DNA of 64,000 nucleotides from an uncultured Pelagibacteraceae bacterium (GCA_902599955.1 CACKHK010000002.1:26595-90594), one strand, 5' to 3'; positions 17,057-28,004 are shown, counted from the first letter of the stretch. The notes: generated from the letters alone by a model not told the origin. Program-made: numbers and translations.

Positions 17057-18463
17057 ATGAGCGCTAGGGACGTATTAAAACAAATTAAATCTAAGAATGT
17101 TGAGTATGTTGATCTTAGATTCACTGATCCAAGAGGAAAACTGCAACACCTTACTATGGATAAAACAATAGTTGATGAAGGTATGCTGAACGATGGAGTA
17201 TTTTTTGATGGCTCATCGATTGCTGGTTGGAAAGCGATAAATGAGTCTGATATGATATTAAAACCAGATTTAAGCAGAACAGTAATGGATCCATATACAT
17301 CACATAATACTATGATTTTATTTTGCGATATTTTGGATGCTGTTAAAAAAGACCCATACGAAAGAGATCCAAGGGGAATAGCTAAAAAAGCAGAGGCATA
17401 TTTAAAAAAAACTGGAATCGGAGATAAAGCTTACTTTGGTCCAGAGCCAGAATTTTTTGTTTTTGATGATGTAAAAATTAAAAATGATATGAATGAAACT
17501 GGATTTTCAATTGACAGTTCAGAAGGACCTTATAATTCAGGAAAATCATATGACAATGGAAATATGGGACACAGACCTGGAGTTAAGGGAGGATATTTTC
17601 CTGTACCACCAGTAGATAGTGCTCAAGATATGAGGGGTGAATACCTAAAAGGTTTAAGAGATGTAGGTATCACTGTTGAAAAACATCACCACGAAGTTGC
17701 ACCTAGTCAACATGAACTAGGAATGTTGTTTGGAACACTAGTTGATCAAGCTGATAATGTTCAGCTTTACAAATATGTAGTACAGATGGTCTCACATTCA
17801 TTTGGAAAGACTGCTACTTTTATGCCAAAACCAGTTAAAGGTGATAATGGCTCTGGAATGCATACTCACCAATCAATTTGGAAAGGTAAAACTCCAGTAT
17901 TTTCTGGTAACAAGTATGCTGGTCTATCTCAAACAGCTCTTTATTATATTGGTGGTATTTTAAAACATGCTAAGGCAATAAATGCATTTTCAAATGCTAC
18001 TACTAATAGTTATAAAAGACTAATCCCAGGATTTGAGGCACCAGTTTTACTTGCATACTCTGCAAGAAACAGATCTGCATCATGCAGAATTCCAATAACT
18101 TTAAGTAAAAAAGGTGCAAGATGCGAAATTAGATTCCCTGATGCTTCAGGTAACCCATATCTAACATTTGCATCAATGTTAATGGCTGGTTTAGATGGTA
18201 TTAAAAATAAAATAGATCCTGGTAAATCTTTTGACCAAGATCTTTATGCATTAACTGAAAAACAAGTTAAAAAAGTTCCTACAGTCTGTGGATCTTTGAG
18301 AGAGGCTATGGAAGCTCTTGATAAAGATAGAAACTTTTTAAAGCAAGGGAATGTATTTACTGACGATCAGATAGATGCGTACATTGAATTAAAGTATGAG
18401 GAAATTCATAACTTTGAACATACGCCGCACCCTATCGAATTCGATATGTATTATAGCTGTTAA
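17057..18463 (+). CDS. glnA: Glutamine synthetase type I
   Basis: FDGSSI, HHHEVA, GDNGSGMH, RNRS motifs; AGGAG SD at 17047-17051. Confidence 0.98.
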   Translation: MSARDVLKQIKSKNVEYVDLRFTDPRGKLQHLTMDKTIVDEGMLNDGVFFDGSSIAGWKAINESDMILKPDLSRTVMDPYTSHNTMILFCDILDAVKKDPYERDPRGIAKKAEAYLKKTGIGDKAYFGPEPEFFVFDDVKIKNDMNETGFSIDSSEGPYNSGKSYDNGNMGHRPGVKGGYFPVPPVDSAQDMRGEYLKGLRDVGITVEKHHHEVAPSQHELGMLFGTLVDQADNVQLYKYVVQMVSHSFGKTATFMPKPVKGDNGSGMHTHQSIWKGKTPVFSGNKYAGLSQTALYYIGGILKHAKAINAFSNATTNSYKRLIPGFEAPVLLAYSARNRSASCRIPITLSKKGARCEIRFPDASGNPYLTFASMLMAGLDGIKNKIDPGKSFDQDLYALTEKQVKKVPTVCGSLREAMEALDKDRNFLKQGNVFTDDQIDAYIELKYEEIHNFEHTPHPIEFDMYYSC

Positions 18464-18480
18464 TAAGCTTTATTTTTGGT

Positions 18481-18505
18481 AATACCTGCTGTAATAGCAG
18501 GTATT
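18481..18505. terminator. Perfect 10-bp stem-loop after glnA (terminator or stability hairpin)
   Basis: AATACCTGCT-gtaat-AGCAGGTATT; no following U-tract. Confidence 0.5.
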
Positions 18506-18562
18506 CCCTATAAGAAATTCTCATTTCATTTAATTTTGTTATTAAAATGTATGATAAAATTT

Positions 18563-18688
18563 ATGTCTTCTTTAAAAAACATTATTGGTTTCAAGAGGCC
18601 GAACTATAGAAAAACTAAGAAGAAGAATAATAAAATTTATACAATGAATAAAAGAGGACAATATTGGTTTATTTCATATTACCAATAA
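18563..18688 (+). CDS. Putative small basic protein (41 aa)
   Basis: ATG-initiated ORF filling the gap between the glnA hairpin and the sufA stop; alternative start at 18551. Confidence 0.35.
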   Translation: MSSLKNIIGFKRPNYRKTKKKNNKIYTMNKRGQYWFISYYQ

Positions 18689-18694
18689 ATATTA

Positions 18695-19030
18695 TTAAAT
18701 TTTAAAGGACTCTCCACATCCACATCTTTCAGTTTCGTTTGGATTGTTAAAAACAAACTGAGAAGAAAATTCTTCTTGTTTATAATCCATTTCTGTTCCA
18801 AATAAATACATCACAGCCGCAGAGTCTATAAATACCTTTACTCCTTTATCCTCTATTACTTCGTCATTAGGGTTAATTTTGTTGGTATATTCCATTACGT
18901 ATGACATGCCTGCGCAGCCTCCAGATTTAACTCCAACTCTTACTCCAATAGATTCATTGCTCGCAGATGACATGATTTCTTTAATCCTTGTAGCCGCTTG
19001 ATCGCTTAATGAGATTATTTGTTTTGTCAT
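18695..19030 (-). CDS. sufA: A-type Fe-S carrier (SufA/IscA)
   Basis: GGCAG and CGCGESF motifs. Confidence 0.92.
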   Translation of the reverse strand: MTKQIISLSDQAATRIKEIMSSASNESIGVRVGVKSGGCAGMSYVMEYTNKINPNDEVIEDKGVKVFIDSAAVMYLFGTEMDYKQEEFSSQFVFNNPNETERCGCGESFKI

Positions 19031-19329
19031 AAATTTAATTCTAATTTAGCCGCTTCTGACATCATTGATTTATCCCAAGGCGGATCCCACACTAAATCTA
19101 AATCAACTTTATCAACTTCGTCTAATTGCATAATACTATCTTTAACCTCTTTAGGCAAACTCTCTGCAACTGGGCAATTAGGAGTGGTTAAAGTCATTTT
19201 AACGCTAACATTTTTTTGATTTACATTTATATCATATATTAATCCTAATTCATAAATGTTCACTGGTATCTCAGGATCATAAATTTTTTTTATTTCATTT
19301 ATTACTTTTTCTTTTAATTCCATAATCAA
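19027..19329 (-). CDS. DUF59/SufT-type Fe-S assembly protein
   Basis: DPEIPVNIYELGLIY, TLTTPNCP, WDPPW motifs. Confidence 0.92.
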   Translation of the reverse strand: MIMELKEKVINEIKKIYDPEIPVNIYELGLIYDINVNQKNVSVKMTLTTPNCPVAESLPKEVKDSIMQLDEVDKVDLDLVWDPPWDKSMMSEAAKLELNL

Positions 19330-19790
19330 TCTTCTGTACTTGTTATTTCTTGAGAATTATTCATTGCAGAAGTTAGTGTATGCCAAGATAAAGTTGCACA
19401 TTTTACTCTCATTGGATATTGTTTTACTCCAGATAAACACATCAATTTTGTTTTTTCATCTTCGTTTAAAAGCTCTGTACTTAATTCATCTTTCTCTTTT
19501 ATCATGTCCAAAAAATCTGTAACAATCTCCTTTACTTCCTTTTCTTCTTTTCCTCTAACTAGATCAGTCATAATTGATGCTGAAGCCATTGAAATTGCAC
19601 AACCGTTTCCCTCAAATGAAATATCTTCAACTTTATTATTATCATTTAGTTTTAAATATATATGAACATTATCTCCGCATAATGGATTGTTTCCTTTTGC
19701 ATCCCTAGTGAAATTATCTGTTTTTCTTAAATTTCTTGGATTCTTTCCGTGTTCTAAAATAATTTCTTGATATAATTCTTTTAAGTTCAT
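19326..19790 (-). CDS. sufU: SufU (NifU-like) sulfur-transfer protein
   Basis: LYQEIILEH..NPRN, NPLCGD, GCAISMASAS, RVKCA motifs. Confidence 0.9.
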   Translation of the reverse strand: MNLKELYQEIILEHGKNPRNLRKTDNFTRDAKGNNPLCGDNVHIYLKLNDNNKVEDISFEGNGCAISMASASIMTDLVRGKEEKEVKEIVTDFLDMIKEKDELSTELLNEDEKTKLMCLSGVKQYPMRVKCATLSWHTLTSAMNNSQEITSTED

Positions 19791-21007
19791 TTTAAATTAA
19801 ATATCTTTTTGCAATTATTTATCGATTTATTAAGTTGATCAATATCATCTTTGGTATTGTAAACTCCAAAAGATGCTCTAGCAGTTGCAGGTAAACCCAA
19901 CTTCTCATGAAGTATTTGACAACAATGATGGCCAGCTCTAATTGCTACTCCATCCTCATCTAAAATTGTAGCTATATCGTGAGGATGAATTCCTTCTATC
20001 GTAAATGATATAACTCCACCTTTGTTTTTAGGATTACCGATAATATTTACAGAATTATTCTTACCTAAAAGATCAACAGCATAATCAAGCAATTCTTTCT
20101 CGTGTTTCTCAATGTTTTCAATTCCAATTTTTTCAAGAAATTTAATAGACTCGTTAAAAGCTATTACTTGAGCTGTTGCCATCGTTCCTGCTTCATATTT
20201 ATTTGGCAATTCTCCATAAGAAATACCCTTTTTCTTTACCTCTCTTATCATTCCTCCGCCACCTTGGTATGGAGGAAGATCTTCTAACCATTTTTTTTTA
20301 GCATAAAGCACTCCAATTCCAGTAGGGCCATACATTTTATGGCCTGATATTGCATAAAAATCACAATCTAGATCTTGCATATCTAATTTTAAATGAGGCG
20401 CTCCTTGGCAACCATCAACTAATACTGGAATACCTTTAGAATGAGCAAAGCTTACAATTTCTTTGATTGGAAGTATTGCTCCAGTCACATTCGATAAATG
20501 TGTTACACATATAATTTTAGTTCTATCAGTTATTTTTTTTTTAATTTCTTCCAATGTTACTTCACCTTGTTCATTTACTTCAGCAAATTCAATATTTATT
20601 TTTTTTGATTTTCTTAAAAAATGCCATGGAACATAATTAGAGTGGTGTTCTAATTCTGTAATTAATACTTCATCACCTTCATCAAGATATTTTTGGCCAA
20701 ATGTATTTGCTACAAGATTTATTGCCTCTGTTGCACCTTTTGTAAAAACAATTTCATTTTTATCAGATGCATTTATATATTTTTGCACAGAGTTTCTTGT
20801 TTGCTCATATAAATTTGTTGCTGCCACTGCTAAATAATGAACGCTCCTACCAACATTTGAAAATTCCTTAGAATAAAAATCATATATTCTATCAATTACT
20901 ATTCTTGGTTTTTGAGAGGAATTTGCGCTATCTAGGTAAACAAGATCATTATTTTGTACTTTATTATCAAAAATAGGAAATTCTTTTTTAATTTGGTCAA
21001 TATTCAT
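19787..21007 (-). CDS. sufS: Cysteine desulfurase, group II
   Basis: SGHKMYGPTG and RAGHHC motifs. Confidence 0.95.
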   Translation of the reverse strand: MNIDQIKKEFPIFDNKVQNNDLVYLDSANSSQKPRIVIDRIYDFYSKEFSNVGRSVHYLAVAATNLYEQTRNSVQKYINASDKNEIVFTKGATEAINLVANTFGQKYLDEGDEVLITELEHHSNYVPWHFLRKSKKINIEFAEVNEQGEVTLEEIKKKITDRTKIICVTHLSNVTGAILPIKEIVSFAHSKGIPVLVDGCQGAPHLKLDMQDLDCDFYAISGHKMYGPTGIGVLYAKKKWLEDLPPYQGGGGMIREVKKKGISYGELPNKYEAGTMATAQVIAFNESIKFLEKIGIENIEKHEKELLDYAVDLLGKNNSVNIIGNPKNKGGVISFTIEGIHPHDIATILDEDGVAIRAGHHCCQILHEKLGLPATARASFGVYNTKDDIDQLNKSINNCKKIFNLK

Positions 21008-22248
21008 TCTTTTAATCCCATAATATTTTTAATTAAGTTTTTAATTTCATTATCAGTAATTTTTTCAACAACATCCAATAAGAAACCATTTATTAAAAGT
21101 TCTTTTGCTTCTTTATAATTAAGACCTCTAGACATTAGATAAAAAATAGAGTCCTGATTTAAACTTCCTGAAGCAGATCCATGTGAACATTTTACATCAT
21201 CTGCATAGATTTCTAATTCTGGCTTTGCATTAAACTCAGCATTATCACTTAATAAGATTGCTTTACTTAATTGATATCCATCAGTTTTTTGTGCATTAGA
21301 TTTTACAAATATTTTCCCTTGATAAGCTGATTTTGTATTTTCTCCTAAAACGCTTTTAATTAATTGATAACTTTTAGTATTTTCATTTAAATGATTGATA
21401 GATGTTCTGATTTCATGATTTTTATTATTATCTAAATTGAATATACCATTTACAAATGCTGAAGAGTATTTGCCATTTAAATTACAATTAATTTCATTTT
21501 TGATAAAACTAGAACCTAATGATAAGACAAAATTTTCTGCAACACTGTTAGTATCTAGATTGATATTATTATATGAGTATTTGATATTATTATTTTCTTC
21601 TTTATCTAATTTGTAATTCTTAAGAATTGCATCTTTTTCTAAATTAAAATTATAAACAATGTTGACAAAATTATTCTCAGATTTATCGATTGAATAATCT
21701 ATTATTTTAAGAGACGAGTTAGATTCTAAATCAAAGTCTAATCTGATATTAATATTTTTTGAACTAATTTTACTTGTTGTTAAACTATATATAATTACTG
21801 GTTTTTTTAAAGTATAATGCTTTTTTACCTGAAATTTATAATATTTATTTGTTAATGCTGAGTTTAAATCAACAAGCGAATTTACATCATTAAGTAAATT
21901 CTTGCTATCAAATTGATCTTTAATTTCAAATTTATCACTTTCTTCATATTTGAAATCTATTTTCTCTATTCTTCCATTAATAAAAACAATTTTATTATGC
22001 TCTAGACCATCTACATATATTTTAGGATCTACCTCATTTGGTAAATTTTCATTAAAATAATCTAAATTCTTAATATTTGATTTTATAACTTGATTTAGGT
22101 CTAAAAACTTCCAGTCTTCATTTTTTTTTCCTGGAAAACCGTTTTGAATAAATTTATTCAAATACTTTTCTTTTGTAATAATTTCTTTTTCTGAAAAATT
22201 AGAGCTATCGACTATTTTTTTAAAATCTGTTCTTAGTTGTTTTTCCAT
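21004..22248 (-). CDS. sufD: Fe-S assembly protein SufD
   Basis: EDWKF, KPELEIYADDVKCSHG, YLMSRG motifs. Confidence 0.93.
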   Translation of the reverse strand: MEKQLRTDFKKIVDSSNFSEKEIITKEKYLNKFIQNGFPGKKNEDWKFLDLNQVIKSNIKNLDYFNENLPNEVDPKIYVDGLEHNKIVFINGRIEKIDFKYEESDKFEIKDQFDSKNLLNDVNSLVDLNSALTNKYYKFQVKKHYTLKKPVIIYSLTTSKISSKNINIRLDFDLESNSSLKIIDYSIDKSENNFVNIVYNFNLEKDAILKNYKLDKEENNNIKYSYNNINLDTNSVAENFVLSLGSSFIKNEINCNLNGKYSSAFVNGIFNLDNNKNHEIRTSINHLNENTKSYQLIKSVLGENTKSAYQGKIFVKSNAQKTDGYQLSKAILLSDNAEFNAKPELEIYADDVKCSHGSASGSLNQDSIFYLMSRGLNYKEAKELLINGFLLDVVEKITDNEIKNLIKNIMGLKE

Positions 22249-22983
22249 TTAACTAAAACTTTTGTAACCTTTCTTTTCTAACTCAACGGCTAACTCTGCG
22301 CCTCCAGATTTAACAATTCTTCCATTCATAAGGACATGTACAAAATCTGGTTTTATGTAATCGAGTAATCTTTGGTAATGTGTTATTATAAGAAAAGAAT
22401 TATTTTCTTTTCTCAAAGAATTTACACCATCAGCAACAATACGAAGTGCATCAATATCTAAACCTGAATCAGTCTCATCAAGAATTGAAAGTTTCGGGTT
22501 TAATATAGTCATCTGCAAAATTTCATTCTTTTTCTTTTCTCCTCCAGAAAAATCAACATTTAATTGTCTATTTAGTTTTTCTTCATCGAATTTTAAATCT
22601 TTTGCTTTTTCTTTTACTAATTTAAGAAACTCAATAGCATCGAGTTCCCTTTCCCCTCTTGCTTTCCTTACAGAATTTAATGAAGTTTTTAAAAATATGT
22701 TTGTATTCACTCCAGGGATTTCTAAAGGATATTGAAATGCTAAAAATATTCCTTTATGTGCCCTTTCTTCAGTTTCAAGTTCAAATAAATTATTATCTTC
22801 AAATAATATTTCTCCAGAAACATCGTAACCTTTCTTTCCTGATAAGATATTTGATAATGTGCTTTTACCAGAGCCATTTGGACCCATGATTGCATGAACT
22901 TCACCTGGATTTATATTAAGAGAAAATCCATTCAAAATAGATTTGTCTTCAACCTTAGCATTTAAATTATTTATCTTTAGCAT
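22249..22983 (-). CDS. sufC: Fe-S assembly ATPase SufC
   Basis: GPNGSGKST, FQYP.EIPGV, FSGGEKK, LDETDSGLD motifs. Confidence 0.96.
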   Translation of the reverse strand: MLKINNLNAKVEDKSILNGFSLNINPGEVHAIMGPNGSGKSTLSNILSGKKGYDVSGEILFEDNNLFELETEERAHKGIFLAFQYPLEIPGVNTNIFLKTSLNSVRKARGERELDAIEFLKLVKEKAKDLKFDEEKLNRQLNVDFSGGEKKKNEILQMTILNPKLSILDETDSGLDIDALRIVADGVNSLRKENNSFLIITHYQRLLDYIKPDFVHVLMNGRIVKSGGAELAVELEKKGYKSFS

Positions 22984-24420
22984 TTAACCAACGCTTCCTT
23001 CTAAACTAATTCCAACCAATTTTTGTGCCTCAACAGCAAATTCCATGGGTAATTGTTGTAAAACCTCTTTGCAAAAACCATTCACAATTAAACCAACTGC
23101 ATCCTCAGTATTTAAACCTCTTTGTTGACAATAATGTAGCTGATCTTCACTAATTTTAGATGTTGTCGCTTCATGAGCAATGTTTGAGTCTGAATTCTTA
23201 TTCTTTATGTAAGGAACTGTATGAGCTCCACATTTGTTACCCATTAAAAGAGAGTCACACTGAGTATAATTGTTTGAATTTTTAGCATTTTTTGAAATAT
23301 CAACTAAACCTCTATAGGTCATATCAGAATATCCAGCGCTTATTCCCTTCGAAATGATCTTACTTTTTGTATTTTTTCCAATGTGGATCATTTTAGTTCC
23401 TGTATCTGCTTTTTGGTGATTATTGGTTATCGCTATTGAATAAAACTCACCAATAGAATTATCTCCTTTTAAAATACAGCTTGGATATTTCCAGGTTATT
23501 GCTGATCCAGTTTCAACTTGAGTCCAAGAAATTTTAGAATTTTTCCCTTGGCAAAGACCTCTCTTTGTAACGAAATTATAAATTCCACCTTTGCCATCTT
23601 TATCTCCTGGATACCAGTTTTGAACTGTTGAATATTTTATTTCTGCATCATCTAAAGCAACTAATTCGACGTTTGCAGCATGTAGCTGATTCTCGTCTCT
23701 CATTGGTGCAGTGCAACCTTCTAAATAACTTACATAACTACCTTTATCTGCTATAATTAGAGTTCTTTCAAATTGTCCTGTATCAGAAGCATTTATTCTA
23801 AAGTATGTGGAAAGTTCCATTGGGCACTTTACACCTGGAGGAACATATACAAATGACCCATCTGTAAATACAGCAGAATTTAAAGTAGCAAAATAGTGAT
23901 CAGTAATAGGAATTACTGATCCAAGATATTTTTTTACTAATTCAGGGTGTTTTTGAATTGCTTCAGAAATCGAACAGAAAATTATACCTTGTTTTGTTAA
24001 AGTATCTTTAAATGTTGTTGCAACTGAAACAGAGTCAAAAACAGCATCAACTGCTATTCCATTTAATCTCTTTTGTTCTTGTAAAGGTATTCCTAATTTT
24101 TTATAAGTTTCTAGTAATTTAGGGTCTAATTCGTCTAAATTTTTTGGTTTTTCCTTAAAACTTTTTGGAGCTGAATAATAATACAAATCTTGGTAATCAA
24201 TCTTTGGATATTTTGGTTTTTGCCAATTTGGCTCTTTCAAAACTTTTAATCTATTGTAAGCTTTTAATCTCCACTCAAGCAACCATTTAGGTTCTTTTTT
24301 TATATTTGATATAAATTTTATTACATCCTCACTAAGTCCTTTGGGTGCTTTTATAGTGTCGATATCGGTTGAAAAACCATATTTATATTCTTTTAAATCT
24401 TGTACTTGCTTATCTCTCAT
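22984..24420 (-). CDS. sufB: Fe-S assembly scaffold SufB
   Basis: [28 protein letters not shown] motifs. Confidence 0.97.
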   Translation of the reverse strand: MRDKQVQDLKEYKYGFSTDIDTIKAPKGLSEDVIKFISNIKKEPKWLLEWRLKAYNRLKVLKEPNWQKPKYPKIDYQDLYYYSAPKSFKEKPKNLDELDPKLLETYKKLGIPLQEQKRLNGIAVDAVFDSVSVATTFKDTLTKQGIIFCSISEAIQKHPELVKKYLGSVIPITDHYFATLNSAVFTDGSFVYVPPGVKCPMELSTYFRINASDTGQFERTLIIADKGSYVSYLEGCTAPMRDENQLHAANVELVALDDAEIKYSTVQNWYPGDKDGKGGIYNFVTKRGLCQGKNSKISWTQVETGSAITWKYPSCILKGDNSIGEFYSIAITNNHQKADTGTKMIHIGKNTKSKIISKGISAGYSDMTYRGLVDISKNAKNSNNYTQCDSLLMGNKCGAHTVPYIKNKNSDSNIAHEATTSKISEDQLHYCQQRGLNTEDAVGLIVNGFCKEVLQQLPMEFAVEAQKLVGISLEGSVG

Positions 24421-24842
24421 AATCTATTTGATATTTTTTTATTGATTAAATCATTCAATGTTTTTTTCTGAAAAAAGTTGTTTATATAATCCTCTAATTC
24501 ATCCCAAAGATCGTGTGTAATACACTTTGATGATTTTCCATTGCATCCACTCTCAGAATGTTTTTCACATCCAATAGTTTTTACTTTTTCATCAACCGCA
24601 ACAAATACATCAGAAATTTTTATCTCTGATGCTTGCTTAGATAAAATATATCCACCTTTGTTACCTCTTACGCTCGTTACTATTCTATTTTTTTTTAATT
24701 TTGAAAATAGTTGTTCGAGATAGACAAGCGAGATTCCTTGTCTAAGAGATATGTCTCTTAATGAAACTGGCTCATTTAAATTAAATTTAGCTAGATCCGC
24801 TAGAGCCATTACTGCGTATCTGCCCTTACTTGATAATTTCAT
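24417..24842 (-). CDS. iscR: Rrf2 family regulator IscR
   Basis: [19 protein letters not shown] motifs; three Cys plus His ligands (C..C..CITHDLW). Confidence 0.9.
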   Translation of the reverse strand: MKLSSKGRYAVMALADLAKFNLNEPVSLRDISLRQGISLVYLEQLFSKLKKNRIVTSVRGNKGGYILSKQASEIKISDVFVAVDEKVKTIGCEKHSESGCNGKSSKCITHDLWDELEDYINNFFQKKTLNDLINKKISNRL

Positions 24843-24869
24843 ATTTTCCGCAATTCACGGGACTTATAT

Positions 24870-24894
24870 ATACCCGACTATTTTAGTCAAGATT
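24870..24894. promoter_or_regulatory. IscR type-1 binding site
   Basis: ATACCCGACTATTTTAGTCAAGATT matches the type-1 consensus ATASYYGACTRwwwYAGTCRRSTAT, 27 bp upstream of iscR. Confidence 0.85.
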
Positions 24895-24972
24895 AATTAA
24901 CGTTTTAAAACTTGCATTTTGTCACTCATTTTTGATAGAAAAAACCTTATTTTTTTTTGAGATTAATAATCA

Positions 24973-25638
24973 ATGGCATCAGTTGATAATAAAATTGTAG
25001 AAATTTTTATACCTGGTCCAGCTGGAAGGTTGGAGGCAAAATATTTTAAAAGTAAAAAAAACACTTCTCCAATTGCTTTAGTTTTACACCCACATCCACA
25101 GTATGGTGGAACGATGAACAATAAAGTCGTTGTAGATATTTTTCAAACTTTTGTTGATAATGACTTTTCAGTTTGTAGAGTAAATTTCAGGGGAGTTGGA
25201 AAAAGTGATGGAGAATTTGATAATGGACAAGGAGAACTTGCTGATGCAGCGGCAGCACTTGATTGGCTTGAAAGAGAAAACTTTGATAACTCTCAATGTT
25301 GGATCTCAGGTTTTTCCTTTGGATCTTTAATAGCAATGCAATTATTAATGCGAAGACCTGAAATTAATAGATTTATTGTAGTATCACCTCAACCAAATGT
25401 ATACGATTTTTCTTTTTTATCACCATGTCCCACATCTGGTGCAATGATATGTGGAAAAAAAGATGAACTTGTTCCATTAGAGCATATAAATGATTTAAAT
25501 AAAAGACTTAGTGAACAAAAAGGTATTAAAGTTGAGTTTGATTTTATACAAGATGCAAATCATTTTTTTTCTAAAAACGATGATGGTTTAATAAAATCCT
25601 TAAATAAATATATTAAAAAAGAAACTGCATTATATTAG
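24973..25638 (+). CDS. Alpha/beta hydrolase conserved next to iscR
   Basis: GPAGRLE, HPHPQYGGTMNN, GFSFG motifs. Confidence 0.9.
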   Translation: MASVDNKIVEIFIPGPAGRLEAKYFKSKKNTSPIALVLHPHPQYGGTMNNKVVVDIFQTFVDNDFSVCRVNFRGVGKSDGEFDNGQGELADAAAALDWLERENFDNSQCWISGFSFGSLIAMQLLMRRPEINRFIVVSPQPNVYDFSFLSPCPTSGAMICGKKDELVPLEHINDLNKRLSEQKGIKVEFDFIQDANHFFSKNDDGLIKSLNKYIKKETALY

Positions 25639-26733
25639 TTAAAAATTTTTTGTAATAACCCCACCAAGAGAAGGTTTTTTACAGTTAGTAGTAGATGGGA
25701 AGGAAATAGGCAATCTTAGGTATGATCTGATTGAAAGAAATGCAAAAGCTTGTGACTCCACAAAATCACCATCAATATTTAAATCATCTATCAAGAATAA
25801 TTTATTTTTAATTTTATTTTTTAATTGATTCATTAACGATTTATTTTTTCTTCCTCCACCACATACAACAATATCATTATTTCCGATTTTTTTTGATAAT
25901 AATTCAGATGTTAAATCGGTCATCGTTGTAGTTCCATTTTCTAACGAAAGACCTTTAGCAAAAGATACATCAAAATCATTAGTATCAAGTGATCTTTTAG
26001 AACTAATCTTACTATAGTAATAATTATCTAAATATTGATCGAAAATAAATTTATCTGTTGTTCCTTTTTCTGCTATATTACCGTTTTCATCGTAAAGTTT
26101 ATGTGAATTTTTCCTTATCCACATGTCAATTAAACAATTTCCAGGACCTATGTCCCTGCTAAAAATTTTAAAGTCTTTATCGATTTCAGTAATGTTTGCT
26201 ATTCCTCCAATATTTAATATTGAGATTGGCATTTTTACTCTGTTTTTATTAAATAAAGATTTAATTAATGCTAGATGGAAAATTGGTGACAAAGGTGCAC
26301 CTTCTCCCCCATTTTTTAAATCATTTTGTCTAAAATCATAAACGACGGTCTTTTTGGTTTTTTTTGACAAATGATCGCCAAGTCCAATTTGTTTAGAAAT
26401 TTTTTCATCTGAATTATGATAAATAGTGTGGCCGTGAAAGCCTATCAGATCGTAATCAATTTCTTTATTTATTTTTGTTGCTACATCTAAATGAAAATCA
26501 GTAATTTCTCTCTCTAGTTCCTCAACTTTCAAGGAATATTTAAGCAAATCTTGTATTTTTGAAATTCTTTCTTTCAAATCGTGAATTTTTTTTGAAAGGC
26601 TAATGGGATAAGGATCAAATCTATTATATTTTATATCAATAATGTCTTCACCATTAGAATCTATAACTGAAGAATCTACACCATCGCCAGATGTTCCACT
26701 CATAAACCCCAGTGCAGATAAATTTTTTGGCAT
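25639..26733 (-). CDS. anmK: Anhydro-N-acetylmuramic acid kinase
   Basis: MSGTSGDGVD, GFHGHT, GGEGAPL, NIGGIAN, DIGPGN motifs. Confidence 0.93.
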   Translation of the reverse strand: MPKNLSALGFMSGTSGDGVDSSVIDSNGEDIIDIKYNRFDPYPISLSKKIHDLKERISKIQDLLKYSLKVEELEREITDFHLDVATKINKEIDYDLIGFHGHTIYHNSDEKISKQIGLGDHLSKKTKKTVVYDFRQNDLKNGGEGAPLSPIFHLALIKSLFNKNRVKMPISILNIGGIANITEIDKDFKIFSRDIGPGNCLIDMWIRKNSHKLYDENGNIAEKGTTDKFIFDQYLDNYYYSKISSKRSLDTNDFDVSFAKGLSLENGTTTMTDLTSELLSKKIGNNDIVVCGGGRKNKSLMNQLKNKIKNKLFLIDDLNIDGDFVESQAFAFLSIRSYLRLPISFPSTTNCKKPSLGGVITKNF

Positions 26734-26780
26734 TCTTATTTTTTTTTACTGAAATATGTATATTGTATAATTACAACCTT

Positions 26781-28004
26781 ATGAATAATTTTTTAAAAGA
26801 ATTTAAAGACAGAGGATACTTTTATCAATGTACTAATGAATTGGAACTATCAGCTTTATTAAATAAAGAGAGCATTCATGCATATATTGGATTTGATAGT
26901 ACAGCTCCTAGTCTCCATGTTGGAAGTTTATTACAAATAATGTGTCTTAGACTTTTACAAAAACATGGACACAGACCAATTGTACTACTGGGTGGAGGAA
27001 CAACCAGAATTGGAGATCCCTCTGGAAAAGAAGAAACTAGAAAAATTCTATCTGAGAAACAAATAGAGAATAACATCAATAACATAAAAAAAGTTTTTAA
27101 AATTTTTCTTAAAACCAATAACGAGAAATTAAAGCCTATTTTTGTAAATAATTATACATGGTTAAGTAAACTTAATTATATAAATTTTTTAAGAGATATT
27201 GGTAAACATTTTACGATTAATAAAATGTTAACATTTGATAGTGTAAAGTTGAGATTGGAGAGAGAGCAATCATTAAGTTATATGGAATTTAATTATATGA
27301 TTTTACAAGCATATGATTTTTATGAGCTAAATAAATCAAATAAATGTAAATTACAAATTGGTGGATCAGACCAATGGGGCAATATAGTAAATGGTGTTGA
27401 ACTTATTAAAAGAGAAGCTGGAAATCAAGTATTTGGATTAACCACTCCACTTATAACTTTAGCATCTGGTGCTAAAATGGGAAAAACTGAAAAAGGTGCA
27501 ATATGGCTTAATAAAGATTTGTTGTCTCCATATGATTATTGGCAATTCTGGAGAAATACTGATGATAGAGATGTATTAAAATTTTTAAAAATTTTCACTG
27601 ATTTATCTTTAGAAGAAATAAATCAAGTGAAAGATAAAAGTATAAATGAATTAAAAATTTTACTGGCAAATAAAACGACAGAAATGCTTCATGGCAAAAA
27701 AGAAGCTGAAAAATCTGATAAACTTGCAAAAAATATTTTTAAAGAAAATTCATCAGGTGAAAGTCTCCCTGGGATAAAAGTAAACAATGATATATTAACA
27801 AAAAATATAGTTGAAGTGATATCTCATGTGAATAAAGATATATCAAAATCAGAGATAAGAAGATTAATTAAATCAAACGCTGTAAAAATAGATAATCAAA
27901 GTATAAAGGACGAAAAATATATTATTAACCAAAGTCTATTCCTAGAAAGAGGTTTTATAAAATTATCAATAGGTAAGAAAAAACATTTTAAAATTACAAA
28001 TTAA
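26781..28004 (+). CDS. tyrS: Tyrosine--tRNA ligase
   Basis: HVGS (HIGH-like), QIGGSDQWGN, KMGKT motifs; start moved to ATG 26781. Confidence 0.97.
   Translation: MNNFLKEFKDRGYFYQCTNELELSALLNKESIHAYIGFDSTAPSLHVGSLLQIMCLRLLQKHGHRPIVLLGGGTTRIGDPSGKEETRKILSEKQIENNINNIKKVFKIFLKTNNEKLKPIFVNNYTWLSKLNYINFLRDIGKHFTINKMLTFDSVKLRLEREQSLSYMEFNYMILQAYDFYELNKSNKCKLQIGGSDQWGNIVNGVELIKREAGNQVFGLTTPLITLASGAKMGKTEKGAIWLNKDLLSPYDYWQFWRNTDDRDVLKFLKIFTDLSLEEINQVKDKSINELKILLANKTTEMLHGKKEAEKSDKLAKNIFKENSSGESLPGIKVNNDILTKNIVEVISHVNKDISKSEIRRLIKSNAVKIDNQSIKDEKYIINQSLFLERGFIKLSIGKKKHFKITN

Noticed and set aside
18476-18550. 5' part of the 70-aa ORF after glnA
   Set aside because: It starts at a TTG and runs through the hairpin; only the ATG-initiated part was kept as a candidate.
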